From assembly GCA_964106645.2 (NCBI GenBank), contig OZ067044.1: 64,000 nt of DNA; one strand, written 5' to 3'. Both the position numbers and the translations under genes were made by a program. Under the pieces are notes generated by a model. The model was not told where the DNA came from. It saw nothing but the letters and a program-made list of their open reading frames with translations, and made no database searches. The DNA comes from Podarcis pityusensis (lineage: Eukaryota). Positions 36,689 to 51,795 of the stretch are shown piece by piece. The number at the start of each line of letters is the position of its first letter. The stretch's first letter is position 1.

Positions 36689-39600
36689 CTGCTGTTCATT
36701 CCCCACCACCACCAGTACCACATCTCACATTGTGCTGGAGGGTTCCCTAACTCTCAGGGGTTGCTGGGAACTGCAACAGGGAAGAGGGGATAGGACCCCA
36801 CCCCCTGTCCTCTGTACAAGCAAAATTCTGCTCATGCAAAACCTGAATCTGTACCATGCTAAACCATTGTATGATACAAACAACCACCTTGCAATCTAAG
36901 AAGAGAGTTCAAAAAACCTACAAATTCACTTCTGCTCCAAAAGGCATGGGAATTGTAAATTAAAGCACCACCCTTAACTTGCCCACCATGAAAGCAGTAA
37001 AGATGCTGACAGTCTTAGATATGTGTTCGCTTACAACTAAGCCGCCATGCATACACGCTATGCCTTGATCTTTCAGCAACAGTAAAGCTGGCACTGCATA
37101 AAAATTTAATAAGAATTTTCTTACATACTGAAATTCCCATTGGAAAGAACGGATGCAACAGCAACCTCCATTTGGAAAGAAATCCTATTGCTGGTCACAG
37201 ATCAAATGAAGCGACTCTGGGAGAATACAGAGGAGCAGCATCTTTGGGACTGGCAGGGGTGCAAGATGGCATGGAAAGGGGAAGGCACCACAGAGAATGG
37301 GGGTGGTGGGTGAATGACAGGAGAATATAGGGACTGGGTACAATGGCCAAGAAATAGGTGGAATGATAGGACTATGGCCCCATCCATCAGTCAGTAAAAG
37401 AGAACCTGCTCTGTTGCTGGCTTCCCTTTTCCCACCCCACTCCCTTTTCCTTTAATATTGTGTTTGTTAAGATGTCAGACTCCATCAAGGCCTGCCTCTC
37501 TGCATGTAGGAAAGTAGCATGTCTCAGGTAAGATTTCAGCTCTACTGTCATGTGAATTATCCAAGGGAAGCAAGGTTTGTTCTTTTATGAGGGAGAATTC
37601 AAGCATGGAGTTCCCCCACTTGTTGCCTTAAATGGTACTGTCTAGAAAGGGCTGTGTTTTGGGGTATTTCCAAACATGGTAGCTTCATGAACATGGCTAA
37701 GATGAAGATCAGGAAAGACTACAGGGCTTGCTAAACCACACTAAGGAATGGTTAACTGATAGCACAGAAATAATACAATTGTGATGAAATCAACTCAACA
37801 CATTTCTCAAAGGTGGCAAATTCTGTTAACACTGCGAAATATATTTCTATCACTCGCTAAATACATTTCACATCGTCTAAACAACTTCACAGTGTGGAAT
37901 ATTGAAGTATTTATTGTGTTATAAGAAGAGAGAGAGAGAGGAGAAAATTAGTGGTTGTACAACAGTACGTTTTTAAGCGTTGTGTCAGAGCATGTCTGGA
38001 GAAGTGAAAGAGCAAAGAAATGCTATTGTAACTTGCTGTACCATTGGCATTTTGTGGGCATTCAAATGAAGGGGAGGGGGGAAGCACCATACAGGACTCG
38101 ACTCTACGGCTGGTGTATCACTGAAACATCCTGAATTAATAATGATGATAAAATCCACAGATGGCATATGGTGGGGTTCGAACTAGACTCAGTCTGACAG
38201 GTAACATGGAAGGCTATGCATCTCATCTCATCTTGTGAAATTAAGCATTTAAATGGCACTAGCAGATCATGAGTGGCCTTTAAATTTACCTATATACCGT
38301 CACACTCAAACACAAGGTGAAGTACAGACAGGAACATTGTGAAAATGTTTAAAAAGGCTCTTGTCAACTGATTTCTGAAGCAACAGCAAAGCAAGCAGCA
38401 TTTAGAGCCAGATTTATCAACGGCATAATTTCACTGCTTTAGTTTACTTGCTACTTACACTGACAAACAGGGGCCTTAGAAGTGTTTACCACACAAGCAT
38501 ACATACAGCAGAATATCCAAAATTTCAACTCAGGGGGAAAAAACAACCATAGAAGAAACTCATATACAAGCCCAGTGCTCAAATTCTGGCACTCTTTGGC
38601 TCACTAATTCTGATCCTGACAATGTAGCCTCGATATAATGAAGGGAGACAATCTCCACATGGTCTCTCCCACAGATCAGTGGAAAGAGCCCTCTGATCTG
38701 CAAATTAGTGGAGATGATTTCTCTGTAACTACTCTCATCTCTCCGCTGGAAAAACCCTCCTCCAGCTCCTGATGGAGATGATGTCACTGCAGTGCTCCAG
38801 AAGAACTTATTATACTGCTCATCAAGTCAGAAAGCTGCAGACAATCAAGGTGGAAGGCAAAAGCAACACAGTGGATACCAATTTATTTATTTTTAAGTTG
38901 CCACTTTAGTTTTTCTAAACGTTGCTTCTCTGTCCATTCTCCATTGCTGGTTCTAATAGCCTTGGCTTTCACCAATGTTGGCCATCGATGCGATCTCTCA
39001 AAATCATTTCTAAGAACAAATGAAGTGCACCAGCTGTTCTTGAATGATTGTGAGTGGCAAGTATTGGTGTGAAGCAACAGGAAACGATGGAGATGCATGT
39101 TAACAAGAGCTGTGGAAGCATTCTTACCAAGGAAGTTGCAGGCAACTTTTAGAGAACAAAGCTTTTATTTAGTAGGCCCAAGAAATTTAGGTTCTAGCCC
39201 TGTCTTCAAGTACCGTATGTCCATTAACTGACCTGGATGAATTGTAAAGCCATGAAAATCATGCTGACTTTTCTTCAGTTCATAAAACTAAATCATGCTA
39301 AAAAGAACAAATTTAAAATACTCCATATTGTGGCTATACAATAGGAATAAGCTGCCTACTGTATCCTGCAATCTGAGCTAAGCTTTGCCTTGAGGATTTC
39401 TTGCAAGACCTTAGGCTGAGCTATTTAACAGCTCAGATATAGGAAAGCTCATCTTCAATACTTCGCAAAGAATTCGAGGTCTTGAAAAGCATTTTGCTTT
39501 GATGTAACACCTCAGGTTCTGCAGGGCTTACTTTGTTCTAAAGGGGCTTCTCTGGTAAAATCAAAGTGCTCTAAATCACGTTTTCTGAACTTTGTAAACA

Positions 39601-40140
39601 TGCTCAGCCTTATGTAAATGAATTAGCAAAATGCTATGCAAACTGAACACTAACTCAGTAAAAGCTCAAGCTATGCAGACTACAGGTTCTCTTTGATACA
39701 ACAAACTCAGTTCCTGGTAGCTTTAATTCCGAAGAAAACTGTTTTGGGCAATTCCAGGCAGATGACCTGTTCTGAGCAAGTTTGTCTCCATATTAGAGTT
39801 CAACGCAAAATAGAGTGAGCTAAACTTTAAAAATACAGGGAGTTTCCTATTCAAATTCCTCATTGGCAAGAACTGAAGAACGTAGTGACATTATCTCTCT
39901 GCGTGCTGTCGGAAGCAAACTGTGAAATCCAATATTCACCCCCAGAAGTACAGTGTCATCTAGAAGTAGATGACTTTAAAGAAGTAGATGAATTTAAAAT
40001 ATACATGACAAAGAAGTAAGATCCTGTTCACGTGTTGCTTTCCAGAAAGGAAACTTGACACATGATGGATACAATCTTATGTTTTTACCACTATGAGGAC
40101 AAAACAAAAACTAAACCAGGCTGTATAGGGGAGGCTTTTA

Positions 40141-40382
40141 CAGTCAAACCTCAGTTGTCAAACGTAATCTGTTCTGGAAGCCCCCTTGTCTTCCGAAACA
40201 TTCGGCAACCAAGGCATGGCTTCTGATTGGTTGCAAGAGCTTCTTGCACTCAAGTGGAAGCCATGTTGGATGTTCGGCTTCCAAAAAAACGTTCAAAAAC
40301 CAGAGCATTTACTTCGGTGTTTTCGGTGTTCGGGAGCCAAAATGTTCGAAAACGGAGCCATTCGACAACCAAGCTTTGACTG
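40141..40382. mobile_element. Tc1/mariner (Tigger-like) MITE
   Basis: TIRs CAGTCAAACCTCAGTTGTCAAA / TTCGACAACCAAGCTTTGACTG; TA TSD at 40139-40140 and 40383-40384. Confidence 0.85.
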
Positions 40383-42010
40383 TATCAAGATGTACTGCAT
40401 TAACACAAATACCATACAGCCCACTTCTAGTTTACATTTTCCTCATGGAAAGGGGTGGGCACATGCTTGTGACACAGGATGGGTTTTCTCTGAAGAAAAC
40501 CATTATTGAAGTTGCCCTTAACCCACTTGCGACACAAAATTCTGTGACAGTATGAGCTCCTTTGACAATGTTATTTCATAAAAACATACTAGTGTACAAA
40601 TTCTGTTCATAATCTGATAGGCAAAAGAATTCTAAAATGATTTTGAGATAATCATCTATGAAGGCAAACTGCTATAACTTCCCATCTGAGCCAGAAGTCT
40701 GCTATTAGTTATTTTGGACCCTATCATCACAGCATGCAATTAATGTCAAGAATTCATTCCATTACTTTATATATTTATCATCACCCAGGTACCTCTTTCT
40801 TATCACCACTACTTGAAACAAAAGCAAAGGTTGTTCTGGTTAAGAATGACGATTTCAGAAGTAGTCACCACCCCTCCAACTCTCCCTCCCTCTAAACCTG
40901 TACACAATGCACACCACTGAGGAATTTATAATTTCAACTGGCCCTAAAGGCCAGATCGGGAAGGCATCTGTGATCACTAGCTCAACTTTGAAGCACTACT
41001 CCCCAGACTGGAAGAAAATAGACAGACTAAATCACATGGCAGTAAAAAAACAACAACCCCGAAATGATGTGGTAGAATTATCAAAAATATTTGGAAGCTT
41101 TTACACAAATTCACTGATCAAACCTGCATGGTGCTTGAAATAAAAATAAAAAAATAAAAAAAAAATACAGCATTATCTGTACGAACACCAAACCAAATAT
41201 TTCACTATATTTATAAAAGTGCCAAAAAAGCCTCTTAAACCTTTAAAAAATATTGCTTGAGATCTAAAGGTTCAAGAACAAAGGGCTAAAGTCCACATAT
41301 GGTGCTGCTACTGTATGACACAGAATTAAATTATGCTAACTAATTCTGATAAGCACCTCCAAGCATCTCACACCCACACAAAAAACCCTTAGTAATTATT
41401 TTTTTGTTGGGGGGGGGGAGTTAAAATAGCATAAATAAGGAAAAAGCAAAATATTCTAAGGTATGTTCTTGCTTATGATAACTCATACAAAGTCAACATT
41501 AGCGCTGGTTATTACATGTCTTTTAAATCCCAATGAATAGTTCACAATAACTGTAGACTATTCAGAACTGCAGAGTATAGATCTTAACCAAGGAATCTAA
41601 TCCTGGATGCTTAGGTCTAATTCTTTAAAAAAACATATGGGAGAGATAGCTTTGATCTGCTTGTACACAGCAAGAATGCTACCTCTGCAAAGCAAGGAGT
41701 GTGTGAGTCAAAGTTTGATTACGAAATGTATTTTATCTTTCATGTAGTATATATTGCTTGATAATTTGCTGGTGAACAACTACTTCCAGAGGGGTCCACA
41801 TTTAAAAGTTGAACATTTGAAGTTTAATTTCTGTGCATTTACACTAGACAAATTGACTCCTGATGTTATCCTGCCTTGGGTTTAATGAAGTAAATTTAGT
41901 CATAATCTCAGTTTTCGCTACAGATAATACTTGTCGCCGTAAGACTTTATTTCACACAGGGTACAAAATCAGCTTGTTCAGTCACCAGTGATTCCCCTTT
42001 TGAAAGTTAC

Positions 42011-42177
42011 CTCCAGATGCTCTAAAATATAGGGAGGGTTCGTCATGCCAAGTCTTAGCATTGCTCCTTCAGGGATTACTTCAACCAGCTTCCATAGGAG
42101 AGTAGGGAGGTCTGTGCCAATGTCTCTTCCGTAAGCCCCTGTGTCTTCACTGGTCAGCCATATCTCGCATACCCCTT
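42011..42177 (-). CDS. CDKAL1: CDKAL1 coding exon (167 bp): (E)[55 protein letters not shown]
   Basis: The peptide matches vertebrate CDKAL1 radical-SAM domain sequence as I recall it. Acceptor ttggcag|AA at 42177 and donor GAG|gtaact at 42011. Confidence 0.97.
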
Positions 42178-44138
42178 CTGCCAATAAGAGAAAGAGCAAG
42201 ATAATTAACAAATCTGCTTTTGAGCTTGTTATTTGACCATACAGCTGCTCACTCTTTTTAATGCACTATTTCATAAACTAAACTATTATGCCGCCAGTCT
42301 GGTCATTCAATTGAAAAGAAAGAGAGGTATATCCCTTGGGTAGTAGTGGATTACTGAGTTCATTTTATGAGCATCAGAGTGCTACAACAATGCTGTAAAT
42401 TATTGCTTTGGAGTGATTAACATTCACAGCCAGTGACTAATGTGAGACGCCTTTTTAATGCAACTCAGACAGGAGTAAGATTGCACTTCCATCACTAAGA
42501 CTTTCTGGCTTATTAAACCATGAGCAAGTACTATATAGTGCTGGTCAAACTGCTAGCAGTTAGCTGACTTACTGCCTAGTTAACAGCCTGTAAAAGGCAA
42601 AGTAGCTAAGTCTCAAACAGGTCAAACTGCTGACTATACTGATCATCCCTTATAGGGAAGCAACTGTTACAAACCAAAACCTTTATATGGTATTTACAAG
42701 GCTATATTAAACTTGACTACTTTAAAAACAACAACAACCAGTCAGTGTGACATGGAGAAATATTCACCTCAAGAAAATTCTTCTTCAGCAGCTCATGTAT
42801 GACTGAGGTTGCAGGATATCATATTATTTTACTTGCAGCTTAAAAGAATATGATTCTTGAACATAAGTTAATTACGTCTTCCCTTACAAGAAATTACTGT
42901 TACACTGCAAGCTTATTTTAGTTATAAAACTCTGTAAACCACCACGTAGAATGAGCGGTGGAAAAAAGGCCCCCATTGAGGTCACCATGTTATTTAAGAA
43001 GAAATCCTAAATATGGAAAGCCAGAATAATTTACACCATCTTAAATTAAACCGGCATAAAGTATGCCATATCCGAACTCTGTCCAGGAGCAAGTCTACTG
43101 TTGGCTGAGCCATTCTAAGCCTGGCAGAGGGAAGACAAGCCTTTAAAATAGAGTTTGACTTCACCTTTTTTGCCAGAGTGCATTCTGCCATGTTGCTAGG
43201 TTACATGACTGAGCTGATTGGAGTTAGGATCCAGCGTTAAGTCCTGCCCCACTATGCTCATTTTTCAGGGCTTATGCCAGTGTCAGTTCTGCCAGTCTCA
43301 GCTGAGTGGGATGACTGAGTTAGACCAGTGTCTCTCTGGCTGAGCTAGAGCTGGGGGCTTATACCAGCAAAGCCCAGCTGAGCTGGGAAAATGCTGGCAC
43401 TTGTTCCCGGCTTCATAAACTATAGGAAAGATAGGAAAGACTGTCCAAACCTTGGCATGATGTCAGTCCATAAGCTTTCCCTCTTTCCATTTTAATCAAT
43501 GGAAAATCTCACTTTCCATTTTAATCAATAATGTTGTCACATAAACTATATGAGAGGAAGCACATACATCAAACACCAGTTAAACAAACAATACAAAAAT
43601 ATTTCATAAAGCAAATCACATAAACAGGACATTAACTACTATTTTCCAGTTGCAAGTGTTCATCAAAACAATGTGCAGGCTTTAAAAATGAAGAGTAATC
43701 GTCATTATAAATTTCCCAGTCAAATGGTTCCACATTTTTGACCTGTGAAGAGAGTTTCTGGAATGCTGCCTTGCTGGTGCCAGATGAGTGTAAAGAAATA
43801 GTCACCATGAATAGGAATGAAAACAATATTCACATGGAAAAGAACAGCTTTCTCTGAAATCTGCATAGGTGGGGATCATTAGCCCCCTGGTGGGCTGAAA
43901 ATTAAATCGTATAAAGAGGAAGCAGCTGCAACAGTAAATTAGCAACAACAGGAATAACTGTCTTTACCGCTCTACCATCAGGGCATTAAATAACAGGGAA
44001 AGTCTATTATTCATCCAAGCACAAATACAAGCTTCTAAAGAATCTCCGCTTTACCCAGCCTGTTTTTATATCAAAAACACTAGTTCAATTCAGACATCAC
44101 AGCAAACAATGTAAAGGAAGTTCAGCTATGATTTAGTG

Positions 44139-44259
44139 CAGAAGTGGCCAAGCTGTGGCCCTCTGGATGTCCTAGGCTTCCATTTCGCATCACCCTGGAT
44201 CACTGCCTATGCTAGCTAGGGCTGACAGGAGTTGGAAGACTACAGGTACTGCACACCTG
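44139..44259. mobile_element. Degenerate short hAT-type MITE
   Basis: CAG...CTG ends; diverged version of the GGACTACAACTCCC/GGGAGTTGTAGTCC family also seen at 51660-51795. Confidence 0.5.
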
Positions 44260-47200
44260 GCATAGTACAATATAGAAACAGACCAGCAATGGTTTTATGT
44301 GGGTTGTGTACACCCTGGTGTGTGCTAACTCTTTTCCGTTGTGATATAAAAATCAACAAACCAAATCATAACATTATATAACTGTATCAACAGCAAAATG
44401 TTACAATTTGAAAGTATACTACATACAGTATTTGGGGGAAATCTATAGTCTGTTGGCTTGTCTATGTATGTAAGAAAATTGTGACACACTAAAAAAACTA
44501 CTTCTTCCTAGGTTTAACTTCTGCCTTCCTTATCTACTGACTCAGTATGAGTGTAATCACTATTTCACAGGCACCATTTCCTGGGTTATTATTCCTTAAG
44601 GATTTTTCAGGGGATTTCCAGCATCATGCCACACAGATTTCATCAGGTATCAACAGACTCAACAGAAAGTCTGTAGGTGTAGGCTGGTCTCTCCTTTCAA
44701 AATTTATCACCAATAATTTGGAATTTAAACACAAATAATTTGGGGGTCAAAACTGCCTTGGTCCCTAGGAGTCGGCACCTATGGTACTGATTGAAATATT
44801 AATCTGTAGATGTTTTCCTATATTTTTACTTAAGTCTTCTACATCCACAGTCTCACCTTCCCAGGCTATGGGATACAATGGAATGTCTTCATTTAAAAAA
44901 AATACAAGAGCAATTCCTAGTAAAACTAATGCCTTTCCATTTCTCATGGATCATACTAATGTCCAGAAAATACAGATTCTTCATCTGAAGCCATTCTCAT
45001 TCTTACATTACATTACAACTTGTGATAGAGACACTGATACTGCTCTCTGGGAAAAGTTGGTGATTTCTGAGCACAGAATTTCTATTCCATTTCTTCTGAT
45101 AAGCTAATAAATACATATCAGTATTAATGTGTCTAAATAAATGCTGATGGAACAAATGTAGAAACCGAAAAAATTCATCGTCAAAGCCCACAGCTAATCT
45201 GTGAAGTTGCAATTGTAGTGGCTAAAGAACACCAAAAAGCATTGACCTGTCCCTTGAAACTTTTATATGAGCATTTGAAATGGTAACAGGCTGGATTCTA
45301 CGGCAGAGTGGTTTTCCGCATGATGCTACTTTGGGTGAAACCTAGCTCTGACCTTCACCCTCACCCTCATATTCTTATCAATAATTGCCCAGCCACTTTG
45401 CCCTTCCTTTTCCAGCAGAGAATTATTTTGGCAGCCTGCCATGTTCTCCAGAACACAGAACTCTCCCCCACTATACCAAACATGTTTTAAAGAAGACCAT
45501 CTGCCAAGGATAAGCCTGATTTTGAAGTGTTTGTCAAAAATTGCCTGCAGTCTCAAGGATAATTAATCCAAAATTGCCATTCCTGCTCATGCCCATAGAA
45601 TTCATCAGTGACACAACATTAGCTCTAAGAAGAAGAAAAAGGCAGATATAGACTGGAAAGCTTATGAAATCAAATCCAACTAACAGAAGCTCATTGTTAA
45701 GGTTAATCTTACCCCACTTAAATTATTTGGTTTTCAATTAAGTGCATACTCCTAAACTAAAACATAATAATTAAGCAGGTCCTATTTTAGGAATTTAACA
45801 AAATTTGGCAAATGTTTCAGATCTAAAGCGTGGAAGCTGCTAATTTTCCAAAAGCAGAAACTTGCTGCATAATTTCTAATAATAAAATAAACACAGCAGG
45901 CTCACTTAAAAAAAAAAAAGAAGACAAGATGAAGAAGGGCTGGAGGAGCAATTTTATTTTTCTGTTTCATAGTGGTCTATCCCTTCAGCCCAAACAGTGT
46001 CTTAAAATAGATTTTAAAAAACATAAACAAAGTGCAAAATGGGGGTGCAGTGGGGGACAAAAGGACATTTCTGATCACTTCCTTCTGACACACCTGTTAA
46101 TGGTCACATTTAATTTTGTGCAATCAACATAACATGCATGAATAAAATCATATTGCATTTCCCTTTAAAGCTATGCACATGTAGGAATATTACACCTTTC
46201 CAAGATCATTACACTGTTCTCTGTACAGTTAAGAGGCTGATTTGCATTCCTTTCCTTTGGATTCAACCAGGCACAGCATTTTCCTACTTTAGATCATTTT
46301 TAAAAATTCATTGTGAAACTTCTCCCTATCAAACTCAGAAACCTGGTCCATCAAGTAGGATGCTAATTCCTAAGAGATTAGCCTGAATACTGAGCTCACT
46401 GTGGACCTACAATCTGAATTATAAAATTATTTTTCTCCTCCCTCTGAAGTGGGGTAGAAAGACTGACTAAGTCCCAAATGGGACCCTCCTTGCCTCAGGC
46501 TTCATTAAAATGTCTATCCATAGAAAATAAACTAAAATCCTAAACTGTAGACCCAGGGAGACCAACATTTAGCTGGGTTGAGGGTACACCCTCTTTCACT
46601 TTGCATTTAGGAGAAATGAATACATAGCTTGGCTCTCTGCACAACTTTATTAAACACATTATTAATAAATGGTGGCATATTGGTTTTCTTGGCATCAGTA
46701 GAACAGAGGAATAAGACATGATGGATCCAGAGGACAACTACGTATTTGAAGCAAAGCAGATCAGTGCCAAGAGACTGATAGTTGGACAGATGAGTCAGAG
46801 AAGATGGGCAAGCATACAAAGGGAAGAATGGACAGGACTTGAGAATGAGAAGAAGCAGAGATCTGGCCAAAACAAAGGAAGGCGGGACAGGTGTGGACAA
46901 AATGGCTTATCATGTTTCAACTTAATAAGCAGAGATAAACAAGCCAATTGCCCATGAATACAGCCCCTACACTGCTTTCAGTAAATGCTTTCATCAAGCC
47001 ATGAAGTCTCTAATTAACCATGGTTTCTCCTTTTGTCCACAATGGAAAACAATGATCACCAGGATCAGAAGATGCCAGGATATTAAACCAACTTCAAATG
47101 GTGGTTAACATCCTGGCTTTTTCCTGGTTTCCTAGACACTTCCTGGTTTGATTGTTAGTGCCACAAAGAGAGGGGCAAAGGGGCTGCATACCTCAGCTTA

Positions 47201-50200
47201 TTAAGGCAATAATGTTTGAATTAGGTCAATGTGCTGGATCCAACCTAAGTCACACTTGGGTCTCACAGAAATCAGTCTGAAAAATTATTCATGACCCAAT
47301 GATTTTTAGGTGCAAATGACTTAAGCTAGATCCAGTTCAATATCTACATGTGACTCACAAGCAAGTCATTTGACTTTTTGAAAAATAAAAATAAAACAAA
47401 TCCCATCTCCTCTTAGAGAGACTGGAAAACTATCTAAAAAGTAGAAAAGCCTGAATAATGCGTGAAAGCAACATATTCTGTGACTAAAAAAACTAACTGT
47501 AAAAGAAAGGGTATTTTAAAGATAGGCAGTGCCCTTTTTAAAAGAGTATGCTCTCTCTCTCTCTTCTTCAGTAGATAGGTCTGTGGGATCATTAAATGAT
47601 AAATGGAGCATAGCCTGTTTCTTTTCCCTTACAATGCAAACTATTGTATTTGCTTATAAAAGAGGGACTTCTGCTTTTGTGGCCTAGCAAAGTATAAACT
47701 AAGAGCCTTGACTCACAGTTTGCAGAGATGGACCTTCAGTAGAGTGGAGGGGGATCTATAATGGCTCACTTGATCACTGCTAACAGTATGATAGCAACAC
47801 TTTACTAACAAAAACAGACCCTAAAGGAAACCCAGACAGACATAGAAGTCTTCATTGTTGTTTTAAGCAGTACCATCTATAATATGCATATGCTTAAAAA
47901 AGTGGAGCAAGGGTGAGAGAGACTCATTTATGACATATATCACGATGATAGATTGGAGTCTCGGGCCACTCTAAGGCTGCAGCGAAAGTTGAATAATAGA
48001 TCAGAAAATACATTTCAAATGGACTAGACATGAAGAGAGGGCTTGATTTTCCTTTCCCCATTCACACATACATGTTTAGTATTATTACACTAAAACAAAC
48101 AAGTATCAGTAAAAGCAGCACTATAAAAATCATTAGTGACAGGATAACATACAAACTTCAAGGCAAACTATTCAAAGGGAAAAATTCTTCCTAGGCATGC
48201 CCAAGCCTTTGGATGTGCCTAAAATAGTACTTTGCCAATGCCCGTCTAGCTCTCTTTCGTTCCCTAACATAATTCTTTGTACTGCTCCACTTCAGGAAGA
48301 CCAAGGTCTAAATACTCTGGATTTAGAATATTTCCTATGACATTCTCCCTGCCTCACTCAATGACTCTACAAGATGGCTAACTGCTTTGACTGCAATAGA
48401 GAAACCAAGCTTAATTTTCAGGGGGCGGGCGGATTAAGACATTCACCTCTTGCAGGTCCAAGATAAAATGTCTGCCCTCTCCTTCTTGAGAAGGAAGAGC
48501 TGCTTGACAAAGAATGTCACATTCAGGGCTCCCCCCACTCCAATGGAACTCACCAGAAGTCAGTTCCAGCACCTCTCAGGTGGGCGCCATTGCAATTTTA
48601 TTAGTAAGACAGCCTTCCCCAGCTTAATGCCTTCCAAATATTTTGAACTCCAGTTCTGTCAGTCCCAGCTGACTGAGGCTGATGCATGTTGTAGTCCAAA
48701 AGCATCAGGAGGGCACCAGGTATGGTAGACTGATCTAAGGCAGGTCTTTTAAACCTGAAAGAGGGACCATAGAATGGTTTTAAAAAACCCTAAAAATCAT
48801 GACACATCTCACACTGAATGGTGTAGAATGTTTGACTATGTACCATTAATAAGCAACAGTAACATAGCTGCAAACCATTACATGTGTAAGACATTTGATG
48901 GCTTGAGAGACATATGTAGCATAACAGAATAACCATTTAGTATTGATGGGCAAGATACCAAAACATACTCAAATGTACAGTATTGTTGTAGCTAAAACAT
49001 CAGACACATATTTTTCAGAATTACAGGCAATCTTAACAGTTTTATGCACACAGCAGGATGTAGGGATGATTAAACTATTTAGTACTAAATAAGAGCTACA
49101 AGCAGTTTAAAAAACTTGTTTTCATGGAAACAGATGAAATGGGGTTTCACATTTATGTAATACCAAATTATCATTAAACACTGTTCATGTAAATATAGAC
49201 TTATTCGTGTTTAAAAAAAATAATTACTTTTTAAAAAACTGCTTCGATTGGGAATAAATACATCCATGGCTGATACATATTTCCTTGTGAATACGTCCTA
49301 CTTATTGCCATGACATTTATTCCTAGAGAGTTGAGGACTGTAGTCAATGCTGTCAACTAGCATTTGAATAGATGGATATTAGCCTGGAAAACCAACATTC
49401 AATCACAACGTAAGTCAAACAACTGTCAGAGTATTAGTTTATGATAGAGAAAATGATTTGTTACTACCACAGTCTTTTAAACACCTTGCTTTAATTTGCA
49501 TATTAAAAATATAGGTGGAACAAACACAAAAAAACACATTCACGGATGGGAACATTAGTGGAGAGAACTGACACTGTGAGGGAGCTTACACTTTTTCAGA
49601 GCCTTTGGATTCTTCTGTGTTAAAACACAGTAAGCCAGTAAGCTGATATTCAGTCTTGGATATATTCAAGCTTGGTGGGGATGAAGAACAGAAAGTTCAA
49701 AAGAGCTTGGGGCATTGAAATAGAGTATTGGTGGGTGGGGTTAAGCATCCAGCTCCTATATTAGCAATGATGGCCCCTCCATATCTGACTCATAATGTAT
49801 AGTTCTATTCTGAGTTTTAGAACTTTTTAAAAAATGCTGCTCAAATCTTTGACATGAATGAAGAGCTCGTAGGATGGTTTCACAGTCAATGAATTCAGAC
49901 TATTTCAAGTTACATTTTAAGTTTGATCTACTATACAACTCCCTTCTAGCCTTTTATTAAAAGTAGAAAAAAGAAAAATGAGGTATGTTAAACTTATTCT
50001 TTATCTCTTGAAATGTCTGTGTCAAGAAAGGTTCTACTTGAGAGTTATTGAAGGTACTAATTACTCTTGTGGGAATTAGAAAAAAATAGCTTAAAAGGTC
50101 TTGAATTGTCTGAAGTTCGACCCCATCCTGTTTAAAACAAGACATAATTAAACACACTCAAAAAGGGAAATAATAGCAAAATGGAAAATGCAGTTTTTGT

Positions 50201-50386
50201 CTTTGATCATCAAACTGTGTCCCTGGACACAACATGCTTATTACATAGAGAAGGGAACCAGAAGGAAGAAGAAATGAAGCATGTAAAGAAAAATAAATCA
50301 TAAAACTGGAAAAAGGATTGAAAAACATAAATTAAGGCAGAAGAATTTTCTTCAAGCCCTATTTATCTTCCAACAAAACCAGCTTG

Positions 50387-51500
50387 TCAACATTCTTCTT
50401 AAATTGTGGTGACCAGAACTGGACACAGTACTCTAGATGTGGTCTGACCAAGGCAGAGTAGAGCAGGACTATAAATTCCCTTAATTTGGACACTATACTT
50501 CTGTTCATGCAGTTTAGAAGCATTAGTTTTTCTGCTGTTACATCACACGGTTGACTCATGTTAAGCTAGAGATCTACTAAAACCCCAGATTCTTTCCACA
50601 TGTACTACTTGCAAGCCAGGTGTCCCCCATCTTTTATTTGTGCATGTGATTCTTCCTACCTAAGTGTATAACCTTATATTTGCCCCTGTTGAAATTCATT
50701 TTGTTAGTTTGGACCCAGTCCTCTGTTAAGGTTATCCTGAATCATGATTCTGTCTTCAGAAGCATTGCCCGCACCCTTCCAGTTAGGTGTCATCTGTAAT
50801 TTGATGAGCATCCCCTCAATTCCTTCATCCAAGTCATTTATAAAGATGTTGAACAATAACAGGCCCAGGACAGAACCCTGTGGCAACCAACTTGCCATTT
50901 TTTTCCAGCATTACAAGGAACCATTAATGAGCATTCTTTGTGTTTGGTCAGTCAATCAGCTGCAAATCCACCTAACAGTTACCTCATCCAGTCCACATTT
51001 TACCAGCTTCTCTGCAAGAATATCATGCAGGACTTTGTCAAAAGCCTTGCTGACATAAAGATACACTATGTCCACAGCATTCCCCTGATCCACCAAGCTA
51101 TCACCAAAAGAAATGAGATTCATCTGGCAGGACTTGTTTCTGAGAAACCCACCTGAGTCTTAGTAATCACAGCATCCTTTTCTAAACGCTTACAGGCTGA
51201 CTGTTTAAATCTGTTCTAGGACCCTTCCTGGTGTTGATGTCAAACTCACCAGTCAATACTAGTTACCTGGGTCTTCTTTCCCTCCCCTTTTAATGATAGG
51301 GATACTATTTGCCCGCCTCTAGTCTGCAAGGACCTCACCTGTTCTCCAAAAATTCTCAAAGGTTATAAAGGGTCTAAGATTACATTCACAAACTGCTTTA
51401 GTACCCTTGGGTGCAGCTCATGAGGCCTGGAGATTTGAATTCATTTAAAGTAGACAGTATCATCTCTTTTCCTACCTTGGGCTGCAGTTCCCTCCTTGCA
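50387..51500 (-). mobile_element. CR1 LINE ORF2 (RT) fragment, degenerate
   Basis: Minus-strand PQGSVLGLLLFNIFINDLDEG and LYSALVRPHLEYCVQFWSPQFKK motifs with frameshifts and stops. Confidence 0.92.
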
Positions 51501-51659
51501 TAGTTTAGTCTTTTATCACCAGATTGGCCACTGCTTTCAAACACTAAACCAGAGTTTATGAAACTAGCTTGTTGAAACTAACTATGGCCAGCAGCTTAGG
51601 GTGTGCAAACCTGAGGTTTGTTGCAGCTTATTCTCATGATGATATACCATAGTTTAGAG

Positions 51660-51795
51660 CAGGGATAGCCAACGAAATACCCTCCAAATGATATGGACTG
51701 CAATTCACACTATCCCTGAATATTGACCATGCTGCCTGGGGCTTATGGGAGTTGTAGTGCAAAATGTCTGCAGGGCACCATGTTGGCTACCACTG
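51660..51795. mobile_element. Short hAT-type MITE
   Basis: TIRs CAGGGATAGCCAAC / GTTGGCTACCACTG; 8-bp TSD gtttagag/gtttagtg (7 of 8 match); internal GGACTGCAATTC..GGGAGTTGTAGT palindrome. Confidence 0.75.
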